Positions 11,125 through 29,649 are shown, counted from the first letter of the stretch. The stretch is DNA of 64,000 nucleotides from Halocafeteria seosinensis (GCA_001687465.1 LVLI01000249.1:1-64000); one strand, 5' to 3'. Program-made: numbers and translations. The notes: generated from the letters alone by a model not told the origin.

Positions 11125-14100
11125 ATGAGTACGAGTCCTAAGAAGCGGGATCGCTCTGCCGAGCCGCCGATGCGGCAGAGTGGCCATGGAGAGGAAAACG
11201 GCAAACATGCAGAGTCGTCTCCTCACAAGGCTGTTTCAACGCGAATGAACGCCAACACATTGGAAGACAGACTGTACGGAAGCATGTCGAATAGAAATTT
11301 AAGACTCTCCTCGTCGTCTCCGGTGGCTCCCGGCCTGTCGTCTTCAGCGTACAAGGCGGTACAGGAGGGGAAAAAGGAGGCCTGGGGCGCCACAGAGGAA
11401 CGTGGACTCTCGGGTTCTCAATCAGCTACATCTCTTGGTACAGGCCGAGAGAGCAAAGAGGGAGTGTTGTACAATCATCACACTCATCAGTACTCGACGT
11501 CCCTCGTGCCGCGTGCTCCACGATTCTTGAGCAAACAGTCAACAAGCCAAGCAGCGCTTCCCCAAGTGAGCTTGGGCCATGGCAAAACACTCGGAGGGCC
11601 ACAAAGTCAGCAACAAGCAAAACGAAAGGACTCAACGGCGTCGGGGCGACAGCCTTCGGCTGTCTCCAATTCAAGGAACGGCGCTGGGTCCGCAGCGGGA
11701 AACGGAAAGGAGTCCGACGATAATATGGAGACACTACCCCACACGCTTACTCTGGCCAAGACACGATTAACTCGGTCTTCCGAATTGCTGGAAGAAAGTC
11801 ATAGCAATAGTAAACTACCGGGTTTCCAATCTTCAACACGAGGAAGTGTTGCGTTGGAGAGTACCGCTCGGCGTTCCCACCATCAGTCAACGACACAAGC
11901 GTTATCTGGGAAGGGGAAGCTGCGAGACCGAACGGCAAAGACACATCAAGAACGCACAGATACACGCAACACTAGGGAAACAGATGACTCTGCGGGGAAC
12001 TACCGGAGAGTACCCCAATCCTTTCTTGAGTCTTTGAACTTGAGTGATGAACACCTCCAAACTCTACAAGACGGCAATTTTCTCTATTTGAAGCGCAAGT
12101 ATGTCGACCTATGACATAGATCTGTTGTATTGTATGGCTGTAACTATGAATATCTTTCGCCAATACGGCTGCAGGCGGACTGATAACGCGACTTCGTACG
12201 ACCTAGAGCCAGTGGATCACTCGGACACCGACCCAAACAACTACTTCACATTGAGCCGTTCAGGTAATACAAAAGATTTAGGTCACTTTACCGGCTTCGG
12301 CTAGCGCTGTACTTTTATCGGAGAATTTGTACCACAGGTGTTACTCACTTCTACGGTAACCAATCCGAATTTTGTAGCTTGGAAGAGTGGGAAAGAGAAT
12401 ATCGATTGTTTGGTGCAATACGCAATATGCATGGAGGTGATAACTTCTTTACGCGGTACCCAAAGTGGAAAATGTTTTTGGTAAGAATTTCTAATACAAA
12501 GGAACTATTATATGTAGTCTGAATCACGTTATCTTAATGTGCATGTGACGCAGATATGGAAAAAGTCTGTCTCTGCCAAGAAGGCCACTTCACACAAAAA
12601 ATATTTAAGAAAGAACCTGTTTTTGGTCAACGACATCCTTTCAGGGGTGCTACTAAAAGTGCGACGCTTGTGTCTCGAAGTATCAAAGTGGCGTTTATTT
12701 TCGCGTGATCCAAAGCAAACGTACAGGCTAGACGAATTCTCAGAGATGCAAGCCCAGAAACGAAGACATGTTGGCGCATGGATAGCGGAATTTAATGGTG
12801 ATGTAAAGTCGCTAGTCCGTGCAGCGTGCGATCGAGTATTAGATCGGTTCCTCGATGAAAACAAAGTTCAAGCAGATCATAAAATGAGCTTTATGGAACG
12901 TGCTGCCCTGCGGTCCGAGTGCCGGCAGCTTACAAAATTTATCCGCTTGTGTGACTTCATGGTACGCGATACGCTTATTGATATGGCGGTTTCCTCCGTT
13001 AGAGAGCTGCATGATATGATAATTCCACCTAGCGATCACTTATGTGAACCGATCCTATACACGATTGAAGGGGAAGCTGTCAAGCACCCAAAACAGCCCA
13101 AAGGGAGTATGCTTCCAGTTTTGGAAGTACAAGCATCAATAGAGGAGCAAGAAGAGAAGGACTCTTCGAAATCGCATTCAGATGGGGGTCAGCAGGAATC
13201 CATGTCAAACGACAGGGATGGATCGAAGACTAGCGAGAAGGGACCAGAGGAAGATACAGGAATAGAGGAGGAAAAAGAAACAGGCGTTTCGATTGTGTTA
13301 TCCCCCGACCAACCTAGGGTGAAGACAAAGCTCCAAGGCATTGTTAGCAAGGCTGTGTCCATTGTTGCCGGGGTATCGTCTCTGGTGAAACACGAAGACC
13401 TTATACCGTATACACAGGCCGCCTCGGATGAAACTGATCTCGGCGATGGTTCTGGTGATTCTGAGGGCACTACTGGAATTTCCCAAGATCTTTACCAAGA
13501 CCCTAACTACCAGGAACTTGAGTTGTCGCTTTGGAAGGGTCTTTACACTGTGTTTCAAAATGTCCACCAGTATTGTGATATATTTAAGCCCTATGCGCGG
13601 ATGTATGTGCAAAACTGCAAAACAGAAGCACAACTACAAGACCGGTACGACGACAATACTTCAACAAACACGTTTTCCAAAATTATATCGAAATACGAAG
13701 ACCAAATGAAGGAGTTGGGGAAAATGCCATATGCAGTTGACCATGGGGTGATACGAATTGACAGTTCCGACATGAAGCGCATGATCTTACCCAGTCCTCA
13801 AAATTGCCTGAACTCTTTAAAGGCTCTACTCCCAAAAATTGTCAGAGAAAGTGCCAATGACGTTATTGACCAATGTCGTTCAATGTCTCGCATACTCATA
13901 TCTCAACCATCAGAGGTTGAAAAGTTCGTTAAGAAAGTTGAAACTTTAGAACAGGCGCAAGAACAAATTCCTATTTTACGGGATCGACAATATCAGTCCC
14001 GTGAGGTGGTTGACTTGATGAGTCAGCATAATTGGTCTATTCCTGATGAAACACAGAGCACGTTGAAACTAATGCAAGACGAAGTGGGCCGGCTTGAGAG

Positions 14101-17100
14101 TGGAGCACAGAGCTGTGAGGCGAAGCTCGACGAAGATACCAAGAAATTTAGCGCACAAATTTCCTCAACTATACCAGTCTTAAAAAGGGATGTGTTGTCT
14201 GTGCGAGAAAGCCTAGATGACCCCATGCTGAGCAACCCACAAGCTGATGTTGGAAAATGCCTAAAGCACATCGAGGCGAACGAGGCTGAAATGAAACATC
14301 TTCGGGAGCAAGCTGAGCGATACATGCACTACCAGAAAATGTTAAAGCAGCCTCTAATGGATGTGGATTCGATAGAGGCTGTAGAAGAAGAAGTGCAGCT
14401 AAAGGCCAAACTATGGCGGGGTATCTCGGAATGGGAAAACAAAGAAACGGGATGGAAAGCCATGGAATTCAATCAAATTGACGTAGAGGACATGGACAGG
14501 CAAGTCCAGACTTTTTTGAAAACTGCTGTTCGCGCGGAAAGAGGGCTACCGAACAATGCTGCTGCACCTCAGTTCCGGCAGAAAGTGGAAGATTTCAAGA
14601 CTTTAATTCCTATCGTCCGCGACTTGCGTAGTGAGGGATTGACTGCCCGCCATTGGGAAGAAATTGAACAAATTGTCGGTCATGAATTTGACGAAGAGAA
14701 AAGCTACACGCTTGGTGAGCTACTTGACCTTAATATCGCAAATTATGCGAGTGAGATCGAGCAGGTGGCAACGAAAGCGGTGCAAGAGCAAGCATTGATG
14801 AAACTGTTCGAACGCAAAGTGACGTCCGTATGGGAGGACCTCGATCTTCCTGTTATGCCATACAAGAACAGCAAGGATGTGTTCATTCTCGGTTCTGTTG
14901 AAGAAATCACAGCTGCACTCGACGAATCTCTCGTAACTATAAACACTATCCTCGGCTCTCGCTACGCTGGAGACATCCGTGAGGAAGTTGAACAATGGCA
15001 GAGCAAGCTTATGCAACTGAGCGAAACTTTGGATGAATGGCTCAATTGCCAAAAGCAATGGATGTATTTGGAGACTATTTTCGCTGCGGATGACATCAAA
15101 CGGCAGCTGGCTGAAGAAAGCAAGCGATTTGCAACCGTTGATAAGAGCTGGAAGAGCATCATGCGCAAGACCAACAGCAATCCGAAAGCAATCGTAGCGG
15201 GTACACAGAAGGGTCTAAAGGAGCAATTTGCGCGACATAATGAGACGCTTGATGGTATACAGAAGAGCCTGGAAGACTACCTGGAGACTAAACGATTGGC
15301 ATTCCCAAGGTATGTGCCACAACGAGTACAAAGACACTTGCTCTCCTTTGTGATCCTCGTACGAATTGGACTGCAGGTTTTATTTCCTTTCAAATGAGGA
15401 ATTGCTGGACATCTTAGCTCAAACTCGAGATCCGCAAGCTGTCCAACCGCACCTGCGGAAGTGCTTCGATGCAATATATCGCCTGAAGTTTGGCGACGCA
15501 CCTGGATCGATCGAACTATTAGCCATGAGCAGTCCTGAGGGCGAAGAACTCGAGCTACCGAAGAATTTGAAAGCCAGGGGCAAAGTCGAAGAATGGCTGA
15601 TGTCGGTTCAAAATGGCATGATTGACTCTCTGAAAGAAGCTATGAAGATTGGTGTGGAAGATTATGAGAGTACACCTCGTCGAGAGTGGGTGCTGAACCA
15701 CCCTGGTCAAGTTGTAGCTACGGTCTCCCAAATAATGTGGTGTAGGGAAACTGAAAAAGCCTTGTTGGCAAACCATACCCAGCCTGAGATGGATAAGTGG
15801 TATCAGAAGAACCTTACTCAGCTGTCAGAGCTTACTAAACTGGTGCGAGGTGAGCTCACAGAGCTGCAACGAAAAGTTCTGGTGGCGCTCGTCACCACTG
15901 ATGTACACGCTCGTGATATAATTGAGCAAATGCTTGATGAGCAGGTGGAGGATATCGGTAATTTTACTTGGCAGCAACAGTTACGATACTACTGGGAGCC
16001 GCAGTCGCTTCAGTGTGTAGTGAGACAGAGTAACTGCGTTATTAACTATGGATATGAATACCAAGGATGTACTTCGCGATTGGTTATCACTCCTCTCACA
16101 GACCGTTGTTGGATGACTATAACGGGTGCTGTTAATCTAAAGCTGGGCGCGTCGCCGGCAGGGCCTGCCGGTACAGGGAAGACAGAGTCAGCAAAGGATT
16201 TAGCGAAAGCGCTAGGGATTCAGTGTATTGTGTTCAACTGCAGTGAACAAATAGATTACAAAATGCTTGGTAAATTATTTTCAGGCCTTGCTCAGTCGGG
16301 TGCATGGACATGTCTTGATGAATTTAACAGAATTGATATCGAGGTGCTTTCGGTTGTTGCCCAGCAACTTCAGCAACTTCGGCAGGCAAAACTCCAAAAT
16401 GCGGAGACCATACAATTTGAAGGGAGGCACATCCTGCTAAAGGAGCACTGTGTGATCATCACAATGAATCCAGGATATGCCGGCAGAACGGAGCTACCAG
16501 ATAACTTAAAGATCCTCTTCAGGCCTGTTGCTATGATGGTCCCTGACTATGCACTCATTGCCGAAATCAGCCTGTTTGCAGAGGGTTTTGATGACGCTAA
16601 GAATTTGAGCAGAAAAATGGTAAAACTCTACCGCTTGTCTTCTGAACAACTTTCCCAGCAAAAACATTATGACTTCGGTATGAGGGCCGTGAAAGCTGTA
16701 CTGGTTATGGCAGGGGCTTTGAAACGCGCCAGTCCTGAGCTCAATGAGGATGTCGTGCTCATTCGGGCCATGCGGGACTCAAACGTTCCTAAATTCCTTT
16801 CCGATGATCTTCCTTTATTTCACGCGATTGTCGGGGACTTATTTCCCGGTGTCAACGTTCCCCCGAATGATTTCGGTGATCTGCAGACGACTGTTAAAGA
16901 ACAAATCTCCGAGAAAGGTCTACAGCCAGTGAGTGCCTTTATGGAAAAAGCCTTACAGTTATTTGAGACTTTGAACGTCCGCTTTGGCGTAGTGATAGTT
17001 GGACCTACCGGCGCTGGGAAAACTACATGTTATAGGGTGCTCCAAGCGGCAATGACGGCCCTCCGACAGGCCGGCAATCCGAACCCAGACTTCCAGGAGG

Positions 17101-20100
17101 TGTACTCTTGGGTTCTCAATCCGAAAAGCATAACTATGGGGGAACTTTACGGTGAGATGAATGAGGTAACTCAAGAATGGAGCGATGGTTTAGCTTCTAG
17201 CATTATGCGAAGTCATACGTTGATGGAGGATTCTTCTCGAAAATGGACAGTATTTGATGGTCCGATAGATGCGCTCTGGATAGAGAATATGAACACTGTG
17301 CTTGATGACAACATGACCCTGTGTTTGGCGAATGGTGAACGGATCAAACTGCGAGGTGAAATGAGAATGCTGTTTGAAGTGGCTGACCTTATTCAAGCCT
17401 CTCCTGCAACGGTCAGTCGTCTCGGGGTTGTTTATATGACGCCATCAAACCTGGGCTGGCGTCCATTTGTGTTATCTTGGATGCCTGAAGGCCTACCGTC
17501 AGATATGCCAAATGACTTGCGCGAGCATGTTTGGGAGCTCTTCGACACACTGGTGGATGAGGCCATCGCATTCCAAAGGCACAACTGTGTAGAACCCCTG
17601 AAAAGCGTAGATCTTCAGTTAGTGTCTAGTCTATGCAATTTCTTCAGTGCGCTACTGAGGCACGAGGAGTTTCAGAAATCCTTGGAGTTGAAGGCAGCGA
17701 CAGAAGAGTCTGGAGAACTTCCGAGCCATCCGGGTGTCCGTGTTCCGTCAGAGAAGGTGCTCGACTGGCAAAACAGACCGGAAACCGAGATGAAGCCTAT
17801 TCTAGAATCGCTATTCTTGTTTTCCCTGACGTGGACCATCGGTGGCACCGTAGAACCGGAAGGGAAATCAATGATTAACGAATGGGTAAAGGGGCTTGAT
17901 GCGTTCAAACATCTCAAACTAGGAAGCCATAGCATATATGACTTGTTTCCCGACTTGAGTGACAAGTCCGTTCCTTGGAGAAAGTGGGCGAATAACGTTC
18001 CTGCCTTCCACTACGACAGGACGCAGCCGTACTTCTCAATGGTTGTTCCGACATTAGACACGACGCGCTTCACATATCTGCTTGCATTGCAGATTGAACA
18101 ACAAAATCCAGTATTTTTCACGGGTGTGACTGGTACGGGGAAGACAGTTGTCATCCAAGACTTTTTGGACTCGTCTTGTGAAGAGACTTATGAAGGGGGC
18201 TTTCAGACACATCCTATCATTATCAACTTTTCTGCTCAAACGTCATCTAACAGGACACAACTCACCGTTGAGAATAACCTGGAGAAGAAGAAGAAGACTG
18301 AGCTGGGAGCGCCATCAGGGAAGCGAGTTGTTATATTCGTCGATGACGTTAACATGCCGTCGGTAGAGGAGTATGGTGCACAACCGCCGATAGAATTATT
18401 GCGTCAGTTTTGCGATTTTCACGGATTTTATGACCGTGACAAGCTGTTCTGGAAAGACATTACGGACACGACACTCGTGACAGCCGCAGCTCCTCCAGGT
18501 GGTGGTCGCGCCGACATTACTGCACGGTTCACTCGTCACTTTCATTTGTTATGTCTTCCTCCCAGTGCTGACTCTGTGCTGAAGCATATCTTCACCTCAA
18601 TTTTGGATGGATTCCTCAGTACCTTCCCTGAACCTGTGAAAGCCTGTAGCTCAAAAGCGGTTAATTCAACAGTTTCCGCCTACAACAGTATCAGGACGAC
18701 GATGAAGCCCACGCCGACAAAGAGTCACTACACGTTCAACCTGCGAGATGTTTCCAAAGTCTTCCAGGGTGTCTTAATGATTGGAACCAAACAGTGCGAC
18801 AATGCGGACACGTTTGCGCGTCTATGGGCGCATGAAACTTGTCGGGTATTTCATGATCGCTTGGTTAACATGGAAGACAAATCCTGGTTTACTGAATTAA
18901 TTGTTGACCTCCTGCATAATACATGGGGTAAGAAAGGCTCTGGCTGGGAGCATGATGATTTGTTCGGTAACTCGCCAGTCTTATTTGCCGACTTCCTAAC
19001 TCCTCCAGCAGACGACGAAGCCGAGACTATATACGAGGAAGTAAAGGATTGGGACAAACTAAAACGAGTTCTGGATGAAGCCTTGGAAGATTACAATATG
19101 AGTCACAGCAACACAATGGACCTAGTGTTTTTTAATGATGCTATTCAGCATATTGCGCGGATTACACGAATTCTCCGTCAGCCGCGTGGCAATGCGATGT
19201 TGGTTGGGGTGGGTGGATCTGGGAAACAGAGTCTCACTCGTATTTGCTGCAGTATTTCGGACATAGAGTGCTTCATGATCGAACTGACTCGTGGGTATAA
19301 TCAAGCGTCTTTCCGAGAAGACGTCAAGTCCATGATGACCACGACAGGTGTGAAAAATGTGCCGTTGGCCTTCCTTTTTACCGACTCCCAAATCGTCGAT
19401 GATTCTTTTCTAGAAGACGTTAACAATATTCTGAACACTGGTGAAATCCCGAGTCTGTTCGAAGCGGATGAGTATACTCAAATTACTGAAGAAATGCGGC
19501 CTGTAGCCGAAGAGATGGGCATACCCGCTACCCGAGGAAATCTGTGGAGTTTATTTGTGTCAAGGGTCAGAGACAACTTGCATATAGTTCTTGCAATGAG
19601 TCCGGTTGGTGACGCCTTCCGTGTAAGATGTCGACAATTCCCCTCTCTGATTAACTGTTGTACAATTGATTGGTTCCTTCCATGGCCTAGGGACGCTCTC
19701 ATCAGTGTTGCCTCCAAATCCCTGGCTGCAAATGAGATGGGTGAGGCTGAAGACCACAAGGACTCGATTGCCGAGGTATGCGTCCGGGTACATATGTCAG
19801 TAGAAGAATGGGCACGAAAATTTGACGCCGAAGTAGGAAGAAAGGTATACACTACTCCGAAGAGCTATTTAGACCTCATTTCCTTGTATTTGAAAGTCCT
19901 CGCGGAAAAACAGGAAGAATTGGGAGGATTGCGGAAGACCCTTTCGACTGGTGTAACAAAGCTAGAAGCGGCAAACTCTCAGGTCGCGTCGCTCCAGGAA
20001 ACTTTAACGGAACAACAGCCTATTCTACAGCGCAAGACAGAAGAAACTACCGAATTACTCGAGAAAGTGAAGACGGAACAGGCCGAAGCAGATAAAATTC

Positions 20101-23100
20101 GAGAGAAAGTATCCGCAGAGGAAGCGACTGTCCGGAAGCAGAAGGAAGAAGTCGAAGAGGTACAAGCCGATGCCCAAAAAGACCTTGACGTGGCGTTACC
20201 CGCTTTGAATAATGCAATTGACGCTCTTAATAAACTGGACAAGAAAGATATTACAGAGGTGAAGAGTTTTGCGAAGCCGCCTCCAGCTGTACAGACGGTA
20301 ATGGAGGCAGTGTGTATCTTGCTTGGCGAGAAAACGGACTGGGATTCCGCGAAAAGGGTGCTCTCGCGGAACGACTTTATGGAAGTACTGAAGAACTACG
20401 ACAAGGATAATATACCGCAGAATATTCTGAAAAAGCTGAAAAAATACGTTGAGGATCCCACGATGCAAGTGGATGTCGTTTCGAAAGTATCTAAAGCAGC
20501 GACCAGTTTATGCATGTGGTGTCATGCTATGGACGTTTATGCGAAAGTTGCAAAAGAAGTTGAGCCAAAAAGAGAGCGACTGAATAAAATGAATGCAGAA
20601 TTGGACAAGGCGGACAAAGACCTAAAGGAAAAGCAAGAAAGCCTGCAGAAGGTACTCGATGAAGTTGCTGAACTACAGGAAAAGGCTGACAAAACTGTCA
20701 AAGAAAAAGAAAATCTCGAATATGAACAAAATCTTACGAAGGAACGCTTGGAGCGCGCTGAAGAGCTCACAACTGGTTTAGCAGACGAGCAAGTCCGATG
20801 GAAAGAACGCACGAAGGATCTGGACGAACAAATACGATGTCTTACTGGAGACATGGTTCTTGCAGCTGCGAGTATATCATATTACGGGCCGTTCACTGGG
20901 TCATACAGAAGTGGAATGGTGTCCGAGTGGTTGGAGAGCCTAAGAGAAGTAGGGGTCCCGTTCAGCGAAGACTACACGCTGAGTAAGGCCCTGGGAGATC
21001 CAGTTAAAATCCGGGAATGGCAAATGGCTGGACTTCCTCCTGATAGTGTGTCCACGGAAAACGCCATTCTGGTTAGCCGCGGAGAAAGGTGGCCTCTCAT
21101 GATTGACCCGCAAGAGCAAGCCAAGAAGTGGATCAAGAATATGGAGGCTAAGAACAAGCTTCAAACCACCCGATTAAACAATCCAAACATGTTGAGGGAC
21201 GTAGAAGGTTGTGTGCGCATCGGCAGGCCATTGCTACTTGAGGACGTAGGTGAATACCTTGACCCGGCCTTAGAACCCATTCTTTCCAAGGCTATTTTCA
21301 AACAGCAAGGTCGTCTTCTGGTGCACCTAGGTGATTCGGACGTTGACTACGACCCAATGTTTAAACTTTACGTCACCACCAAGATGCCCAACCCGCACTA
21401 CCTACCTGAAGTTTATATTAAGGTTACTATTATCAACTTTAGTATTACCGTGGACGGCCTGGAGGATCAACTCCTCGGTGGTGTCGTCAAGAAAGAAAAG
21501 CCTGAGGTCGAGGAGAAGAAAAATGAACTAGTGACGAGTATGGCCAGCGATCGGAAACAACTTGAAGATCTTGAGGCCAAGATTCTTAAACTTTTACAGG
21601 AGAGTTCCGGAAATATCTTGGATGATACGGAACTTATTCGGGTCTTGAAGGAGTCTAAAGCAGTGGCAAAAGTAACCAACGAAAGACTGGAAGAAAGCAA
21701 GAAGACTCAAGAAATGATTGAACAAACTCGAGAAGAGTACCGTAGCGTTGCCATCCGAGGAGCAATTATATACTTTGTGGTTGCCGACCTGGCAAGACTG
21801 GATCCGATGTATCAATTTTCCTTAGCCTATTTCAATAAGCTATTCAACATGTGTATCGACAATGCTGAAGGTAGCGACGATCTGAATCGGCGACTACAAA
21901 ACCTCATATCATTCCTGACTAACCAGGTGTACGCTAACGTGTGTCGAGGCCTATTCGAAGCGCACAAGTTGATTTTCAGTTTCATCATGACTGTTGAGAT
22001 TCTGAAGAGGGATAACCTAGTGAGTGACGTAGAGTGGTCACTTCTCCTTCGTGGCGCTGGTATGATGGAAAATCCTACAACAAATCCTCTGCCGGACAAT
22101 TTGTCTCAAAATGGATGGCACCTTATACATGCGTTAGAGCAGTCTTGTGGGCAAACCTTTAGAGGACTGTCCAACCATATTGCGAGCTACACTGATGCTT
22201 GGATTCAATGGGCACGAACCGATGAACCTCACAATGCTTCGCTTCCCGAACCTTGGAAGAGTCAGCTAAATATGATGCAGAAGATGTTGGTACTTAAAGC
22301 CTTTCGCGAAGAAAAATTGCTGTTTGCGATAAAGCAATACGTTGCTGACAACCTCGGTCAGTTTTTCGTTGAAAGTCCCGCTGTTTCCATGGAAGATATT
22401 TATACCGATACTGATCCGACCACTCCAATTATCTTCATTCTTAGCGTCGGTGCGGATCCGACGGGTATGCTTTTCTCGTACGCTAAAAAGAAGGAGTATA
22501 CAGAAAAATTGAAGCTGATTTCTTTAGGTCAAGGCCAAGGACCTCGTGCTGAACGCTTGATTCAGGGTGCAGCGTCTAATGGAGAATGGGTACTCCTGCA
22601 AAATTGCCACCTTGCGAAAAGTTGGCTACCTAGGTTAGAAAAAGTTGTCGGTGAAATCGAAGAAGTCCAGCAGGGCAAATCCTTCTCTGCAGAAGAGAAA
22701 AACTCCCGTATTATATCCAAGAAGGTCCATAAGGATTTTCGCCTATTCTTGACTTCGATGCCTGCTCCGTATTTTCCGGTACCGGTTCTCCAAGGTGGTG
22801 TTAAACTCACGAATGAGCCTCCTAAGGGTATCAAGGCGAATCTGAAAAGAAGCCTCGGGCAACTCGAGACATGGACACCGTTTGATGAATGTGAGGGTGA
22901 GTTCTCGTCTGGTCCGCTTGCTGGGCAGCCGAAGAAACCTGTTTGGAAGAAACTGGCATTTGGTCTCTGTTTCTTCCACGCCGTCATTCAAGAGCGGCGC
23001 AAGTTTGGGCCATTAGGCTGGAATATTACATACGAGTTTAACGACAGCGATTTGGAAACCTCGATGTTAATGCTGAAGCAATTTCTCCAAGAGCAACCTA

Positions 23101-24323
23101 CTGTCCCATGGGATGCCTTATCTTACGTAACAGGGCACATTAACTATGGTGGCCGAGTAACAGATGACTGGGACCGTCGCTGTCTTATGAATATTTTGTC
23201 CCAATTCTATACTCCGGACATCTTGAAAGGTGACTATAAGTTTAGTCCCAGCGGGATTTACTATCCGCCGGTGGTTGACCAACTGGATGAATTGAAGGAA
23301 TATGTTGATTCTCTCCCACAGAATGATCCTCCAGAAATATTCGGAATGCACGAAAATGCCAACATCAGCTACCAAGGCCGGGAGACTAGAGGAATGTTTG
23401 ATGCCTGTTTGACACTGCAGTCACAGGCCATGGGAAGCTCTTCTGGGGCCGCTCCGGATGAAAGTGTGCAGAAGACTGCACAGGACATCGAGGCAGTCGT
23501 CCCCCACAATTTAACCCGCGAAGAAGCTGGGTCTAAAACTTTTGTCACACGTGGTAAACATATGGATTCACTTGGGACTGTTCTTCTCCAAGAGATGTCT
23601 CGATTCAACAACTTGCTTGTCAAGATTAGATCTACCCTAGCAGAACTCCAAAAGGCAATTCGTGGTGAAGTCCTTATGAGTGAAGAACTAGATCACATGT
23701 TCAGCGCACTTCTGAACAATCGCGTCCCGGATAACTGGAAGGATGTTGCCTATCCGAGTCTTAAACCATTGGCTAGCTGGGTGAAAGATCTCTGTGCCAG
23801 GGTCAAATTCCTCCGTACTTGGCTCAAATATGGCAAGCCTCGGTCATTCTGGATGTCCGGATTCTTCTTCCCGCAAGGGTTCATGACAGGTACTCTGCAA
23901 AACCATGCTCGGAAGTATTCCATCCCAATTGATTCTTTGGGTTTCAAGTTCACTATTCTGGATGCAATGACAGGAAGTGAGCTGTCAGACTCAGATATTC
24001 CGGAGGACGGAGTTTTAGTCGAAGGCATGTTTGTGGATGGAGCTCGATGGGATCCCATAAATAAAGTGATTGCCGATCCATTGCCGGGAGAGATGTTTAA
24101 TCCCTTGCCAATAGTGCACTTTATGCCAGAAAAGGACCATCAGACGGATCCTCAGGACTATTGTGCTCCCCTCTATAAGACCAGCACACGAGCTGGTACA
24201 CTATCCACTACAGGTATCAGCACGAACTACATCGTTGCTGTGGAATTCCCAGTGGATCCTTCAGAAAATCCGAAGAAATATGCCTTGCTGGGAGCAGCAC
24301 TGCTAACTCAACTTAATGATTGA
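11125..24323 (+). CDS. Axonemal inner-arm dynein heavy chain, DNAH6-like; exons 11125-12098, 12175-12263, 12338-12480, 12554-15309, 15377-24323 (~4302 aa)
   Basis: Four P-loops (GPAGTGKT, GPTGAGKT, GVTGTGKT, GVGGSGKQ), CLDEFNRI, stalk coiled coils and a C-terminal RAGTLSTTG; four GT-AG introns join the frames in phase (e.g. FPR|FYFLSNEELL). Subfamily assignment is by resemblance only. Confidence 0.95.
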
Positions 24324-24447
24324 GAATCTTCCTACCGCTCAAAAATACATGTGTATATATTTTATTGAACAGTACTCTGCTACTTGGTACGGGTATACAC
24401 ACTGCCGGTTGCAGCAAGGCGTTGTTGCTCGGCATCAGACTTGATAT

Positions 24448-27808
<3,361 letters not shown>

Positions 27809-27828
27809 TGTAGACTGTGTTTAGTGTG

Positions 27829-28058
27829 TTTCAAAAGTGGGTATGGGTTTGAAATTCAAACCTCGACCAAAAAGGGAGGGAAAACAGCAAGACAATCGAC
27901 AATACACGTTTCCCAAAGCTTTCCACATACACAACTCTAAGCGTATCTGTTTCAGTGACTTTTTCTACGTACACCAAACCAATGTCCTTGAGTATATGTG
28001 TACTAGCTCCTTCAGGATCCCGCCGTCCGTATAATCCCAATTCAAAAATGGCGCGCGC
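27829..28058 (-). promoter_or_regulatory. CHR-like (TTTGAA) and CDE/CHR-like motifs in the divergent MCM6/ribokinase promoter
   Basis: TTCAAA within 27829-27836, the inverted pair ggtttgaa-a-ttcaaacc at 27846-27862, and on the minus strand gcgcgcgc-catt-TTTGAA at 28058-28041. Confidence 0.4.
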
Positions 28059-28317
28059 ACGACGTCGCTCGGCGTGGACCTTTTTTGGTGTTTCCGGCAA
28101 GGGGGATCTACAGGGAAGCTGGGATTGTGAAGCTCCCCGTCGCCGGTTGTGGGTACAACGAGCGCAAGTGGAATCCCAACTTGATGTGAAGGGATTGTAA
28201 AGGTATACGGTGCATTTGTACTCCGGACAGACGCGGAATTGCCATCATTCCAGGAGTGAGAGGACAAAACAGGAGGCGAGCAATTCATTGGTTTGTTTGT
28301 TTTTTTTACGAAGGAAA

Positions 28318-29649
28318 ATGTCTGCGAGCCATGACAATGGGATCTTCGTCGTGGGAAGCACGTATGTTGCCGTCTTGATACCCAGCCCAATCTCGACAAT
28401 CTTATCTAAGTATGTACTGCTGCAGAAACGTGGATATGTGCAGCTACGTGGAGCGAATGCCGAGAGTGGGCGAGACAATTAAAGGCACACGATTTCAACA
28501 AAGTTTCGGTACGGGAGGCTCATTACACATCAGTATGTGCATTATTATGCAAGTTTAATATTCCTATACATACAGGCGGGAAGGGTGCCAATCAAGCTAT
28601 AGCAAGTGCTCTACTCGGCGCGCCGGTGTATATGCTCACCAAAGTGGGCTCGGACCAACTTGGCAAAGGAGCTCGTACGTCGTTTTCGCCCGTGTGGTCA
28701 AGTGTGGAGCTATAAACTATGTACCGCGGATCGCAGGCGAAAACTACCAACACTATGGCGTAGATTGCCGTTTTGTTCGTGAGGAGAAGGATCAACATAC
28801 TGGAGTAGCATCTATCACCATAGGTGAGAATCATGACCTTGTCCTCGTTGTTCGATTTTCGAATTCAGGTTAACATTCGCCTACGCAGATGCGAATGGGG
28901 ATAATCAAATAATCATTACTCCTGGTGCGAACGAGCACTTGCTTCCCGAGGATTTCAACGACGAAGTGGTGGAGAAGATCTGGAAGTCAAGTATTGTCGT
29001 CGCTCAGTTGGAGGTCCCGTTTACGACGGTGCTCAAAGCATTCCAGACGGCACGTGATGGCAAACAGTATCGACCACTAACTATTCTTAATCCCGCCCCA
29101 GCATCGTTGGAATTACCAGAAGGAACGTTCGCAAATACCGATATCATTGTTCCAAATGAAACGGAAGCAGAGCTCCTTACCGGCACAACTGTTGAGACTT
29201 TTGAAGATGCCCGTATGGCAGCCAAGACCCTATGTGGCTTCGGACCCACAGTAGCTATAATTACCCTTGGGTCGAAAGGAGCATTTTTATTAGCAGAAGC
29301 TGGATCGGATCGTAGTGATTCTGATGAGACCGAAAATGCGATGAATGGCCACAACGAGTTCTTTTCATGGACTGCAATAGAGTCTCCATTTCATACGGCC
29401 AACGTAGTGGATACAGTCGGGGCGGGAGACGCGTTCATTGGTGCGTTCGCGTTTGCTCTACGGCAGCTTCGCGCACGGGAAGAGGCAGAATACGGAGAGC
29501 ACTTCATTTCAAGGGTCGGTACTAGCTATGCCAACCTGGTGAAGGCAACTAAATTCGCTTGCGCTTGTGGTTCATATTCCGTCCAAATAAAAGGGGCTCA
29601 AGCTTCTCTTCCTTCTACCCAAGATGCTATGATGGAACTGCTGGGATGA
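28318..29649 (+). CDS. RBKS: Ribokinase (PfkB family), multi-exon
   Basis: Spliced N-terminus reads IFVVGSTNVDMCSYVERMPRVGETIKG...FGGKGANQA; also AQLEVP, LNPAPA, PNETEAE, ITLGSKGA and VDTVGAGDAFIG. Confidence 0.93.
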
